Virus record (IMG/VR): IMGVR_UViG_3300024255_000011
Location: 44,851-108,850 of that record
Length of the DNA stretch: 64,000 nt
Strand: one strand, 5' to 3'
DNA from: a virus
Each line of letters begins with the position of its first letter. The stretch's first letter is position 1. The position numbers were made by a program, and so were the translations under genes. Positions 52,037-60,115 of the stretch are shown here, one piece after another. The notes below the pieces were generated by a model. That model did not search any database and was not told where the DNA came from. It worked only from the letters and a program-made list of their open reading frames with translations.

Positions 52037-53628
52037 TACACCTCCTCCAAGTTAAATCTGTACCTCTTACCATTTCTTCGATTGATGATAAACAAGTCAT
52101 TTTCACCCTCTTGGATTGTATAATCTCCCCATGTGCCATCTACATCATTAGACCCATTCTCATTAGAAAGATGAAGGTCATTAGTGTAAACGTGCTTCCA
52201 TCTCTGACTTGGATTTCCAACAGTATACGTGTCGGTAGAACTAGGAATCAGGTGACCAGTAACTTCATGTGTGATGTGGAAATCATAGGTATGAGTTTGT
52301 CTCCATCTGTTAGAAGCTGAACCAAGATCCTGGTGGTTATCTCTGAAATTAATCAAATTACCCCAAACCCTGCGACTGATGTTTAAGTCACGTGTAAACA
52401 CTCCATCCCATCTGTCAGTAGTGGAATCAGAAGGTTGATCTAACTTAAATGGATCATATCCAATGTTACAATTCACACCATTTGGAACTGCATCCACATC
52501 CACATATCTGGGTTGGATATCAGCATCCTGCTTAGTGTTTGGACCTAAGTGTTCATCAACACGCTTCCAAAGAGTATTGAAAGTAATTGATGCACCAGAT
52601 CCACCACCTTCTCCACTTCCACCTTCAATGTCAATACCAGAGAATCTTAAGTAAGTGTCACCATACTGGTTAGCTGTGAAAACAGTGAGGTAATTATCAT
52701 GGTCATCAACAAAGTTTAACTTACCATCATTGATGTATCCTTCTGGTGGATTATCGGGATAACAAATGGTGATTGGTTGACCATTGACATCTGTGCCAAT
52801 TTGTAAACAACTAAACCCATCTTCACAACCACCGTTAGGTAAAATTGAATTATTACAGAGTGGATAACAGTTTCCACCATAACAATACATGTCAGAAGGA
52901 CATCCAGATCCATACAAATCACATGGGAATGGATAAGGTACACAATAATCAATCCCACCAATGTCAATACAAATAAACCCTTCACCACATTGGTTACCTG
53001 GGTTATTATCACATCGAGCGAAACACATCCCAAAGAAACAATCAAATCCCTCAGGACATGCACCATCAGCACAAGGGAATCCTCCCTCTGGTGGAACACA
53101 AATGAATCCAATATTTGCATTAGATTCTACACATTCCATTCCTGGAGGACATGGGAAGTTAGGATCACCTGGAATACACTTATGCCAACAGTAATCACCC
53201 CAACACTCAAATCCATTGGGACACCCATTAGGTGGCAACTCATTCACATCACATGGGAATGGATATGGAAGACAAATTGGAGTACCACCAGTGATACCAG
53301 GATCCACACAAATGTGACCCTCAGTACATGGTGTGTGATCAACTAAGTCACATGTAGGATAACAATACCCTAGGTAACATACATGATTGGGTGGACATTG
53401 GTCATCCCTGTCACAAGGGATTCTCTCACAGTACCCATCAATACAAACTTTACCAGAAGGACAATCAGTATCATCCAGACAAACTTCTGGAACCTCAATT
53501 TGCGCAAGGAATGATCCTAACTGTGCAGCAGTAACCTTATAACTTTTATCTTCGCGATTGGTTAAGAATAGATCATCATTCTCAATCGGAGATGGGGGTA
53601 AATCATTTAAATTAGAATCTGAAGGCAT
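52036..53628 (-). CDS. Cys-rich tail fibre protein, 530 aa
   Basis: Nine 4-Cys repeats and a cyanophage fibre C-terminus (DLGS...RW, DLHLSN..NDVDGTWG.YTIQEGE.DLF..N..GK.Y.F.L.EV). Confidence 0.85.
   Translation of the reverse strand: MPSDSNLNDLPPSPIENDDLFLTNREDKSYKVTAAQLGSFLAQIEVPEVCLDDTDCPSGKVCIDGYCERIPCDRDDQCPPNHVCYLGYCYPTCDLVDHTPCTEGHICVDPGITGGTPICLPYPFPCDVNELPPNGCPNGFECWGDYCWHKCIPGDPNFPCPPGMECVESNANIGFICVPPEGGFPCADGACPEGFDCFFGMCFARCDNNPGNQCGEGFICIDIGGIDYCVPYPFPCDLYGSGCPSDMYCYGGNCYPLCNNSILPNGGCEDGFSCLQIGTDVNGQPITICYPDNPPEGYINDGKLNFVDDHDNYLTVFTANQYGDTYLRFSGIDIEGGSGEGGGSGASITFNTLWKRVDEHLGPNTKQDADIQPRYVDVDAVPNGVNCNIGYDPFKLDQPSDSTTDRWDGVFTRDLNISRRVWGNLINFRDNHQDLGSASNRWRQTHTYDFHITHEVTGHLIPSSTDTYTVGNPSQRWKHVYTNDLHLSNENGSNDVDGTWGDYTIQEGENDLFIINRRNGKRYRFNLEEV
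52760..53485 (-). repeat. 9 tandem 4-Cys coding repeats
   Basis: Counted in the 530-aa translation. Confidence 0.85.
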
Positions 53629-53677
53629 TTTAACTTCGTTCTTTTCACTTATTTATCAGTTCACCCCATAACCTTTT

Positions 53678-54397
53678 TTAGTTTGAATTCTGAATCAAAG
53701 CAATTTCTGATTCACTAAACAATCCACTCGATACCATTTTATTAATTACACTGTCACTTTCACTCGAAGTTAACAAAGTTTCCGACTCATACAATGAATA
53801 CAATCCATCCCATGTAAACTGAGACAAATCATAACCCTCAGCCATTAACTCACGCACCACGTCAACAAACTGCTCCTTCTTCTCCTTCTTCCCACACCCA
53901 CAAGACTTCCCTTCCTTCTTCTCCTTACAATCACACGCACCATCAGACTTCTCCTTCATCTTCTTAATGAAATCAGGCATCTCACCCTCATTCATGTTAG
54001 CCTTACGATATTGCAAATCGGCACGGGTACCGTTATCCATTTTACCCTGTGATTTGGGCTTCGTCTTCCCACCTACATCAGGTTGCATACCAGGGTTTGC
54101 TGCCTTCACTCTACGACCATGAGTGTATTCAGCACCACTCATCTTAGAATCACCAGAAATCATCTTACCACCTTGAGAACGGGAGTCAGCATACTGCTTA
54201 TCAGTCTGACCATGCTTACCAGCATAAACCTCCTCCACATTCTCAATCTCTTCCTTCTTCATTTTCTTCTTGTCATTCAGAGCCTTCTTCATTGACTCCT
54301 TCTTATTCTTATCCTTATCAAAATCCAAATAATCAGGCTTCGATGCCTCATCAAATCGATTGTAAGTAAATGGACCCTGCGATAATGAGAAACTCAT
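53678..54397 (-). CDS. Lys/Glu-rich late protein, possible internal head protein
   Basis: KPDYLDFDKD.NKKESMKKA motif and hydrophobic-x-E sites resembling T4 gp21 protease targets. Late promoter upstream. Confidence 0.65.
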   Translation of the reverse strand: MSFSLSQGPFTYNRFDEASKPDYLDFDKDKNKKESMKKALNDKKKMKKEEIENVEEVYAGKHGQTDKQYADSRSQGGKMISGDSKMSGAEYTHGRRVKAANPGMQPDVGGKTKPKSQGKMDNGTRADLQYRKANMNEGEMPDFIKKMKEKSDGACDCKEKKEGKSCGCGKKEKKEQFVDVVRELMAEGYDLSQFTWDGLYSLYESETLLTSSESDSVINKMVSSGLFSESEIALIQNSN

Positions 54398-54648
54398 CGT
54401 TCTATAACTTTTTACACTTATTTATCACTCATACCCTCTCATCCCCTGGGAACTCTCCCCCCTCACCTGAGTGAACCTGAGAAACACACTCCCCTTACTC
54501 AAAAAAATTTCTGTGTTTTACTGTGGGAATACTGTGGCAAAAAAAATTCTCTGTTACTATCTCTGATACCCACATGTGCTCTTATAGCTTATCTATGAGA
54601 TTGGGTCCCCTAACCCCCATATTATAATAACAGTGTTTTACCACATGT

Positions 54649-54674
54649 AAAGGGGTTAGTTGTTATCTAACCCC
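54649..54674 (-). terminator. Putative terminator ending the early cluster
   Basis: GGGGTTAG-7 nt-CTAACCCC-TTT, 13 bp after the stop at 54688. Confidence 0.6.
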
Positions 54675-54687
54675 AGTTGAGTTGTTA

Positions 54688-55140
54688 TCAGAAACCTGCT
54701 AAGTGATAAGCGTCAGTCAAGTCGCCTGTTGGGTCAAAGTAGTCAGGTGCAGTTTCTAACGCTGCCTGGATAATAACAGTTTTAGCAACCCAACGCGTGT
54801 CGCCTGGGAAGTTAGGGTCTAGTGCCCTAAGTTGTCCTAACGCTGCGTTGATGGAAGCAACTGTGTGTGGGGTGTTGGGGTTCAGTTCCAGATAAGCGCG
54901 TTTGGCGGTTGCAACCCTGGCGCCAGCGGTGACATAACAACCAACCAGGTCAACTGCCTCAGACATAAGATAAGGGTGCCTGGTGGTAGCGGCGGTGGTG
55001 ACCTGGGTGTAGGTGTCCCGCTGACGCTGACTAAGGCGTGCCAGTTGTGCTGGGGTGACATTGGAACCCAAGACCAACTGAATGGGGCGACCTTTTATTG
55101 GGTGAACAGTGACAGTCCTGGTTGCGGTGGTGGTGGTCAT
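54688..55140 (-). CDS. Early hypothetical protein, ~150 aa
   Basis: Start MTTTTATR follows cassette element A. Terminator-like hairpin downstream. Confidence 0.75.
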   Translation of the reverse strand: MTTTTATRTVTVHPIKGRPIQLVLGSNVTPAQLARLSQRQRDTYTQVTTAATTRHPYLMSEAVDLVGCYVTAGARVATAKRAYLELNPNTPHTVASINAALGQLRALDPNFPGDTRWVAKTVIIQAALETAPDYFDPTGDLTDAYHLAGF

Positions 55141-55221
55141 GAGTGGTGTTCCCTTGTTTACCTCTTTATTATAACCCCTCCAAGGGGGTGCCGCCAACCC
55201 CTTGTTGCAAACTGTTGCACT
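55141..55221 (-). promoter_or_regulatory. Early cassette element A
   Basis: Direct repeat on + (GTTGCAAA ct GTTGCACT, 55204-55221). TATAAT on - at 55168-55173. Leader GAGGTAAACAAGGG. Confidence 0.8.
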
Positions 55222-55376
55222 CAGTTGACCTGGTTGCAACCACGGGCTGTGCCACCTGGATAACGGGCCTCAGCGAACTGCCTTGCCTGTGGTGGGTTGT
55301 TAGCTTCAATCAACACTTGTTGTGCTGGGTTGCCATTACTGAATGTGATTGTGGTCTTGTAAGTTTTGTTAGCCAT
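55221..55376 (-). CDS. Early small protein, 51 aa (not in ORF track)
   Basis: MANKTYKTTITFSNG...IEANNPPQARQFAEARYPGG...; CA-rich leader. Confidence 0.65.
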   Translation of the reverse strand: MANKTYKTTITFSNGNPAQQVLIEANNPPQARQFAEARYPGGTARGCNQVN

Positions 55377-55410
55377 GGTGTTTGTTAGTTAGTGTGGTGT
55401 GTGTTAGTGT

Positions 55411-55563
55411 TCAGTCTGTGGCGACTAAGATGTAAGAGTGTACGTTACCCCATAGTTTACGATACTGAGTCAACAATGCCACTGCTCGTTGATACTCACA
55501 TGGTGGGTAAACTGTATCGATGAACTCTCCTTCGTTGTTGTAACGTAACATCAGTTTGAACAT
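55411..55563 (-). CDS. Early small protein, 50 aa (not in ORF track)
   Basis: MFKLMLRYNNEGEF...; AAGGAG Shine-Dalgarno upstream. Confidence 0.65.
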   Translation of the reverse strand: MFKLMLRYNNEGEFIDTVYPPCEYQRAVALLTQYRKLWGNVHSYILVATD

Positions 55564-55592
55564 TGGTGATCTCCTTAGTGTGTGTGTTAGTG

Positions 55593-55769
55593 TTACTGGG
55601 CTGGGAAGTTCTCACAGACAGCGTCACATAAACGATTTGTTAACTCAGTTATTAGTCGATCACTTACAATACAACTGAGTTCCATTTCCACAGTGTTAGT
55701 GATGTCCTCCATTAGTTGTTCACGTGACATCAACATTTCAAGTCGTGGGTTGGTTGTGAGTGTGGTCAT
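55593..55769 (-). CDS. Early small protein, 58 aa
   Basis: MLMSREQLMEDI...LCDAVC.NFP motif recalled from cyanophage early regions. Follows element B. Confidence 0.75.
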   Translation of the reverse strand: MTTLTTNPRLEMLMSREQLMEDITNTVEMELSCIVSDRLITELTNRLCDAVCENFPAQ

Positions 55770-55852
55770 TGGGTTGCTCCCTTGGTTGTTTACCTCTTTA
55801 TTATAACCCATCAGAGCCCCCTTGCGGGGGTTTTGTTGTAAAGGTTAGCAGT
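55770..55852 (-). promoter_or_regulatory. Early cassette element B
   Basis: GTTGTAAA gg TTAGCAGT (55835-55852); CCCCC-GCAA-GGGGG hairpin; TATAAT at 55800-55805. Confidence 0.85.
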
Positions 55853-56254
55853 TCAGTCTTCGAAGTTATCTAACTCAGTGTTAAGGCAGTCTACCCAAAC
55901 CTCATGCATCTTATCAGGTAGGTTATATTCTTCTAAGTCAAAGTCACTACCTGAAATATTGAGACACCTGTGATATGTCTCATAAGTCATAATAACCTTA
56001 TCCTCTAACGCCCTACGAATAGTCTCCTCCCTATCACAGAAACTCTCATAATACAAGTCCCTCAAGTCTTCAACCAGACCGTCTGAATAAGAGTCGTCGT
56101 CCAGTCCGGTAACCAAGTGTCCCAACTCAGTGCCACCGTCAACCTGCAACATATGATATAATGCCCGGAGGTTATCATATGTAAACTCCTTCACTGCTTC
56201 ATAAGTCCTATCAGCATACCACTCATCCTTATAAACTCCATAAGTCTTAGTCAT
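55853..56254 (-). CDS. Early acidic protein, paralog of the next gene
   Basis: EW..D..Y..F..L..TG..D.Y..G..E.L.D.Y shared with 56344-56727. Follows element C. Confidence 0.8.
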   Translation of the reverse strand: MTKTYGVYKDEWYADRTYEAVKEFTYDNLRALYHMLQVDGGTELGHLVTGLDDDSYSDGLVEDLRDLYYESFCDREETIRRALEDKVIMTYETYHRCLNISGSDFDLEEYNLPDKMHEVWVDCLNTELDNFED

Positions 56255-56332
56255 AAGGTCTCCCCTTTAGTACTCTTATAGTATAACACCCCACAGGGGT
56301 GCTGCGGGGGTTTTGTTGTAACCCTTAACATA
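56255..56332 (-). promoter_or_regulatory. Early cassette element C
   Basis: GTTGTAAC cc TTAACATA (56315-56332); 8-bp spacer hairpin; TATACT at 56280-56285. Confidence 0.85.
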
Positions 56333-56343
56333 AGGGTTGCTTA

Positions 56344-56727
56344 TCAGTCCTCCAACATACCACTCAAAGTCTCATAACAAGAGGACTGCCACTCTTCCTG
56401 TGCTTCCTTCTCAGTCAAGTGGGTGTTCCATAAACGAAACACAGTGTAACAAGTCAGAAACTCCTCAGTCTTCATACAACGAATAAAAGCGTTCCCTACC
56501 TTATAGTCCTCCTCGTCATTGTAAGACAAGTCATCATACATATCCTTTAACTGTTCACCACCGCCTTCAGCGTAGTCATCCTCTGTCATACCAGTGATAA
56601 ACTCAGAGAACTCGTCACCTTCCATACCCAAAGTGTTCATAATATTCAACAACTCTTCTAGACTAAACCGCTTAGAATAGTAGTTGTCGTTAGTCCACTC
56701 CCTGTGAATAGTCAGATACTCAGTCAT
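56344..56727 (-). CDS. Early acidic protein, 127 aa
   Basis: Start MTEYLT follows element D. Paralog of 55853-56254. Confidence 0.8.
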   Translation of the reverse strand: MTEYLTIHREWTNDNYYSKRFSLEELLNIMNTLGMEGDEFSEFITGMTEDDYAEGGGEQLKDMYDDLSYNDEEDYKVGNAFIRCMKTEEFLTCYTVFRLWNTHLTEKEAQEEWQSSCYETLSGMLED

Positions 56728-56807
56728 TGGGTTCTCTCCCTTGGTTACCTGTGTATCATAACGCCCCACTGCCTCCAGCGGGGGGTTTTGTTGCAAAGGT
56801 TCACAGA
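56728..56807 (-). promoter_or_regulatory. Early cassette element D
   Basis: GTTGCAAA gg TTCACAGA (56790-56807); 8-bp hairpin; TATGAT at 56755-56760. Confidence 0.85.
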
Positions 56808-56977
56808 GCCGGGAGGGTCACCATTTCAAAGCCTCCGTCCATCAACGTCGCCAGTTGACGGGCCTCGCGATCCAGGAGGGCCACCATGTCATAATTGCCC
56901 TGTTGTTGATGGATAACCATTTGATCTGTCATGTCCTCCAAGCGACCCATGATCAGGTTGATGTTATCATTAGACAT
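56801..56977 (-). CDS. Early small protein, 58 aa (not in ORF track)
   Basis: MSNDNINLIMGRLEDM...; follows element E with AAAGGAG Shine-Dalgarno. Confidence 0.7.
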   Translation of the reverse strand: MSNDNINLIMGRLEDMTDQMVIHQQQGNYDMVALLDREARQLATLMDGGFEMVTLPAL

Positions 56978-57055
56978 TGGAAGCTCCTTTGGTTACTTGT
57001 GTATCATAACACCCCATGGGGGTGAATGGTGGGTTTTGTTGCAATCCTTAGCACT
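56978..57055 (-). promoter_or_regulatory. Early cassette element E
   Basis: GTTGCAAT cc TTAGCACT (57038-57055); TATGAT at 57003-57008. Confidence 0.85.
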
Positions 57056-57079
57056 CAGGGTTTCTGGGTGCTCTGGGTG

Positions 57080-57295
57080 TTAGACTGGGGTCACTGTGAT
57101 GGCCAGGATCAGCTCACATGCCAGATCAGTCTGACTGTCCTCTGATACAACTGGGATCTCATCCCCAACAAACTCTGTTGCCAAATCCATCATCAACTCA
57201 TGCATCCTCTCATCTCCTGCACAGAACTCAGCAAACTCTGAACTGAACCCTGTTGCCAAACGTCTGATGGCTTCGTCGTACTTGTTCATGGTCAT
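57080..57295 (-). CDS. Early small protein, 71 aa
   Basis: Start MTMNKY follows element F. Confidence 0.75.
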   Translation of the reverse strand: MTMNKYDEAIRRLATGFSSEFAEFCAGDERMHELMMDLATEFVGDEIPVVSEDSQTDLACELILAITVTPV

Positions 57296-57375
57296 GGGGT
57301 CTCTCCCTTGGTTTACTCTTGTAGTATGACACACTCTGGGGTCCAATGGGGTGTTTTGTTGCAACCCTTAACATA
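57296..57375 (-). promoter_or_regulatory. Early cassette element F
   Basis: GTTGCAAC cc TTAACATA (57358-57375); CATACT at 57323-57328. Confidence 0.8.
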
Positions 57376-57408
57376 AGGGCTGCTTATCAGTCAGATAAGG
57401 GTTACTTA

Positions 57409-57546
57409 TCAGTTACAACTGCGGCGTCCTCTGAGTGACATTTTGCGCTTAGACTTAACTGCTGATGGTAACACAATGTGCTTGATGTCCACAGAGGGAT
57501 TCTCAGTTGCAATGGCGATGATGATGTCCTTCAGTTGCTTGTCCAA
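57409..57546 (-). CDS. Early small basic protein, 45 aa, TTG start (not in ORF track)
   Basis: (M)DKQLKDIIIAIATENPSVDIKHIVLPSAVKSKRK...; follows element G with AGGA Shine-Dalgarno. Confidence 0.55.
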   Translation of the reverse strand: MDKQLKDIIIAIATENPSVDIKHIVLPSAVKSKRKMSLRGRRSCN

Positions 57547-57623
57547 GGTGTCCTGTCTTGTTTACCCTCTTATCATAACGCCTATGCGGGTCTTTAGGGG
57601 TCTTTGTTGCACAATGAAACATC
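57547..57623 (-). promoter_or_regulatory. Early cassette element G (degenerate)
   Basis: GTTGCACA at GAAACATC (57606-57623); TATGAT at 57572-57577. Confidence 0.7.
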
Positions 57624-57672
57624 AGTGATGGTGATGGGTCTGGGAGAAAATGATAAAATCTTCTGAAGACCC

Positions 57673-57701
57673 TTGACTTCTTATGTAAAGTCTGCCAAGA
57701 T
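57673..57701 (+). promoter_or_regulatory. Putative antisense sigma70-type promoter
   Basis: TTGACT-17 bp-CAAGAT in a ~300-bp gap with no convincing ORF. Confidence 0.4.
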
Positions 57702-57934
57702 GCTGTAAGGACCTGGATTTAAGGAGTTAAATGGGACATTAGGGCATCATTATAATTCACATGATACCATTTACAAATCATTTAATAAACACATTGTGTA
57801 TCAACATAACATTAACACATTGAACACTGGTGGGTATTAGTAGTGTTAAATCCTTGCCATTAACCTCTGTAACCCTCTGTAAGACGTCTTTATCGTGTAT
57901 GCATGTCTTCATACGTCTTTGTCGGTCTTTGTCA

Positions 57935-58147
57935 TTATGTGAGTAACTTACTCATTGAGATAGTGGTTAAGAATCCAACCATGATTACAATGTCCCATGC
58001 TCTTGTTCTTATAAAGAATGGCACACTGATTAGATCAGCAGTTAAATGAATCCCTGCTCCTAGTTTAGTGTTAACATGTAAGACAATGAAGTATCCAATG
58101 ATAACAAGACCACTACCTATTATCCTACCTAACTCATCAATCCTCAT
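57935..58147 (-). CDS. Small membrane protein, 70 aa
   Basis: Two to three hydrophobic stretches. Confidence 0.7.
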   Translation of the reverse strand: MRIDELGRIIGSGLVIIGYFIVLHVNTKLGAGIHLTADLISVPFFIRTRAWDIVIMVGFLTTISMSKLLT

Positions 58148-58346
58148 CCTTCTTTACTCTATCAATCATGTTATCCAATGAATCTAATAACTCATCAGTG
58201 CGTGTTATTGAATCTAACTCATGGATAAGACGAGTGATTGCTGTCAATGTGTTAGGTCTCTCTGACCTTGACGCTTTGAACAATGCATTCCTAAGTGCAC
58301 CTGACGCTTCATCTAATGACTCTTGTACTGATTGTGATAATGACAT
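58137..58346 (-). CDS. Conserved cyanophage-type hypothetical protein, 69 aa
   Basis: MSLS.SV.ESL.EA...LRNAL..A.R.E.P motif; AAAGGA Shine-Dalgarno. Confidence 0.75.
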   Translation of the reverse strand: MSLSQSVQESLDEASGALRNALFKASRSERPNTLTAITRLIHELDSITRTDELLDSLDNMIDRVKKDED

Positions 58347-58351
58347 AATGA

Positions 58352-58549
58352 TTAATCCTTTGTTGGGTTGTACTCCATGTTGACATCCTCTGCCAATAAC
58401 TTCATAGTAAGATGCCCATCCAGTTGATACCTTGTGTACATCAACTCCTGTTTAGCAGGCACTGGTGTTGTGTGATAAGCTCTCACTAACCTCATTAGAT
58501 AAGGATGCATTTGATCATTGATTTCTGTTGGCAATGGTTGTTGGTTCAT
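58352..58549 (-). CDS. Hypothetical protein, ~65 aa
   Basis: TGTGT-TATAAT immediately upstream. Start codon uncertain. Confidence 0.55.
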   Translation of the reverse strand: MNQQPLPTEINDQMHPYLMRLVRAYHTTPVPAKQELMYTRYQLDGHLTMKLLAEDVNMEYNPTKD

Positions 58550-58570
58550 AACCATATTATAACACACACC

Positions 58571-58789
58571 TCAGTTGATTTGCTCTGTTACTACATCATA
58601 CACCTTGTTCATTCTGTTTAACTGCTCCTCACAATACTCCACAGAATAATGGCTCTTCTCTCCCTCTGCTGACATCATCACCTTACCCTGGGCATATTGC
58701 TTCTGCTTCTGCCAATACATTACACCTGAATGCACAGCATGTAATAACTCATACAATGATTCTTCTGTTTCAAACATTGGACACCTCAT
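58571..58789 (-). CDS. Hypothetical protein
   Basis: Part of an overlapping-gene operon. Start may be MFETEES (GAGG Shine-Dalgarno). Confidence 0.65.
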   Translation of the reverse strand: MRCPMFETEESLYELLHAVHSGVMYWQKQKQYAQGKVMMSAEGEKSHYSVEYCEEQLNRMNKVYDVVTEQIN

Positions 58790-58977
58790 TTAATCAGTAA
58801 GTTAAGTAAATGTTTACTCATCTCTCGATAAGCCTTATCATTTAACTCTCCTATCCGATCATCAAGATACTCATTGATGTACACCTCATAAATCCACCTC
58901 AACTCTCCTCCATGATGTGCTAAAATCCAATCATTGAAATCCTCCTTCATCGTTTCTGCCATTACTTGATAATTCAT
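58786..58977 (-). CDS. Hypothetical protein, 63 aa
   Basis: ATGA overlaps with both neighbours. Confidence 0.65.
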   Translation of the reverse strand: MNYQVMAETMKEDFNDWILAHHGGELRWIYEVYINEYLDDRIGELNDKAYREMSKHLLNLLIK

Positions 58978-59231
58978 ACCTTAACATAAGAACGTGAGGT
59001 GGACTGATACATTTCCGGTGTGATTGAATCATACAAGTCATCTAACTGATCTAACTCATCCTGACGTAATTCATACACATCATTAGTCTCAACAAGAATA
59101 CAATTAGGATCGGTTGAACTCAGTAACTTCCATTGATCATAACCCTGAAACACTCTGGTGAAATACGCCTCTGGGTTTCTTACCTCACAGTCTGAATAAA
59201 CCCTGGTCCTGAGTTTGATTTGTTGAGTCAT
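58974..59231 (-). CDS. Early hypothetical protein, 85 aa
   Basis: Start MTQQIK follows element H. Confidence 0.7.
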   Translation of the reverse strand: MTQQIKLRTRVYSDCEVRNPEAYFTRVFQGYDQWKLLSSTDPNCILVETNDVYELRQDELDQLDDLYDSITPEMYQSTSRSYVKV

Positions 59232-59308
59232 GGTCTCTCCTTTGGTTACCTCCATATTATAACCCACTGGAGTGACCAGTGGGCGGTTTTGTTGTAATTC
59301 GTTACCTA
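59232..59308 (-). promoter_or_regulatory. Early cassette element H
   Basis: GTTGTAAT tc GTTACCTA (59291-59308); perfect CCCACTGG/CCAGTGGG hairpin; TATAAT at 59256-59261. Confidence 0.85.
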
Positions 59309-59640
59309 ACAGTTGGAACGTTAAACCTGCCAGGGGCAACTGATTCCATAATGTCAAACAACTGCCTGCTACGGTGTTGACGACGAATAGCCTGGTTTAC
59401 TGATGGCTCAGCGATTTGAAACTGATACGATAACGCCTCAACATAAGCGTCATAACAATCATCTGGGTCAGTGAGATCATAGTTTACATGATCAGTGCCA
59501 TCGTCCATGAGTACTCCAACCTCACCGTTGTTAACATTAACCCATGTTCCCTGCATGTTATCCTGATAGAAATACCTGCCAGGCATTTCCTCGACATAAC
59601 CATTCTGAACTAACAGATCTGTTAATTGTTGAACGTTCAT
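59302..59640 (-). CDS. Early hypothetical protein, ~112 aa
   Basis: Start MNVQQL follows element I. Confidence 0.7.
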   Translation of the reverse strand: MNVQQLTDLLVQNGYVEEMPGRYFYQDNMQGTWVNVNNGEVGVLMDDGTDHVNYDLTDPDDCYDAYVEALSYQFQIAEPSVNQAIRRQHRSRQLFDIMESVAPGRFNVPTVR

Positions 59641-59719
59641 TTGGTTTCCCATTTGTTTACCTCCATATTATAAGGCGTTATGGTCCTGATGGGTGGGTTT
59701 TGTTGTAAACCGTTACAAT
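59641..59719 (-). promoter_or_regulatory. Early cassette element I
   Basis: GTTGTAAA cc GTTACAAT (59702-59719); TATAAT at 59667-59672. Confidence 0.85.
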
Positions 59720-59916
59720 CAATATTCGATTCCTGCCTCATACTCACTACCAAACATCTGTTCTATAAGAGATTCATTCTCAAACAACAATCCATCCTTA
59801 TAATCACGATTCACTTGCTTGATGCTCTCCTCCACTGCCAGTTGCTCTGTCCTCAACCACGCTAATCTGGTGCGTAAGTCCTGTAGTTGTTTGTTACGTT
59901 CAGTGATTGTCATCAT
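59719..59916 (-). CDS. Small coiled-coil early protein
   Basis: Heptad pattern; ATGA overlap with the upstream gene. Confidence 0.7.
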   Translation of the reverse strand: MMTITERNKQLQDLRTRLAWLRTEQLAVEESIKQVNRDYKDGLLFENESLIEQMFGSEYEAGIEY

Positions 59917-60086
59917 TTACCCCATGTGTAAGACGCCATAACATTCTGGAATGGTCCTGATTGCTGAAGAACCTCAACTAACCCATACTCCTCACTTAGT
60001 GAGTAACACAGGTCATATGCCTTATCCAAATCATAACATGTGGTTGACTCATGTGGTGCTGAGTAACACTTAACATAATAACTCAT
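59913..60086 (-). CDS. Early small protein, 57 aa (not in ORF track)
   Basis: MSYYVKCYSAPHESTTCYDLDKAYDLCYSLSEEYG...; AGGAGG Shine-Dalgarno. Confidence 0.75.
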   Translation of the reverse strand: MSYYVKCYSAPHESTTCYDLDKAYDLCYSLSEEYGLVEVLQQSGPFQNVMASYTWGK

Positions 60087-60115
60087 TGAAAATCCTCCTG
60101 GTGTGTTGGTGTGTA

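Larger units (their letters stand above)
3324..54426 (-). promoter_or_regulatory. Set of 17 T4-type late promoter boxes, (A/C)TAAATA
   Basis: Reverse complement TATTTA(T/G) at about 3324, 13126, 16321, 18164, 25201, 27502, 28615, 29285, 30849, 38626, 40168, 48244, 48713, 48908, 50007, 53650 and 54419. Each lies ~5-30 bp upstream of a structural-module start codon. Confidence 0.85.

Noticed and set aside
349-53628. Diversity-generating retroelement or invertible fibre cassette
   Set aside because: No reverse transcriptase or invertase, no near-identical TR/VR pair noticed, and all fibre genes are co-oriented.
1925-54295. Numerous + strand and alternate-frame ORFs of 60-180 aa
   Set aside because: They are shadows of long minus-strand genes with biased codons, with no RBS or promoter support and no recognisable motifs.
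54400-57934. tRNA genes in the intergenic gaps
   Set aside because: No cloverleaf, T-loop (GTTCRA) or CCA pattern was recognised.
59700-59720. NtcA or Pho box as the upstream motif
   Set aside because: The palindrome is GTA-N6-TAC rather than N8 and is present only in some copies. The repeat period is 10 bp, not the 11 bp of Pho boxes.
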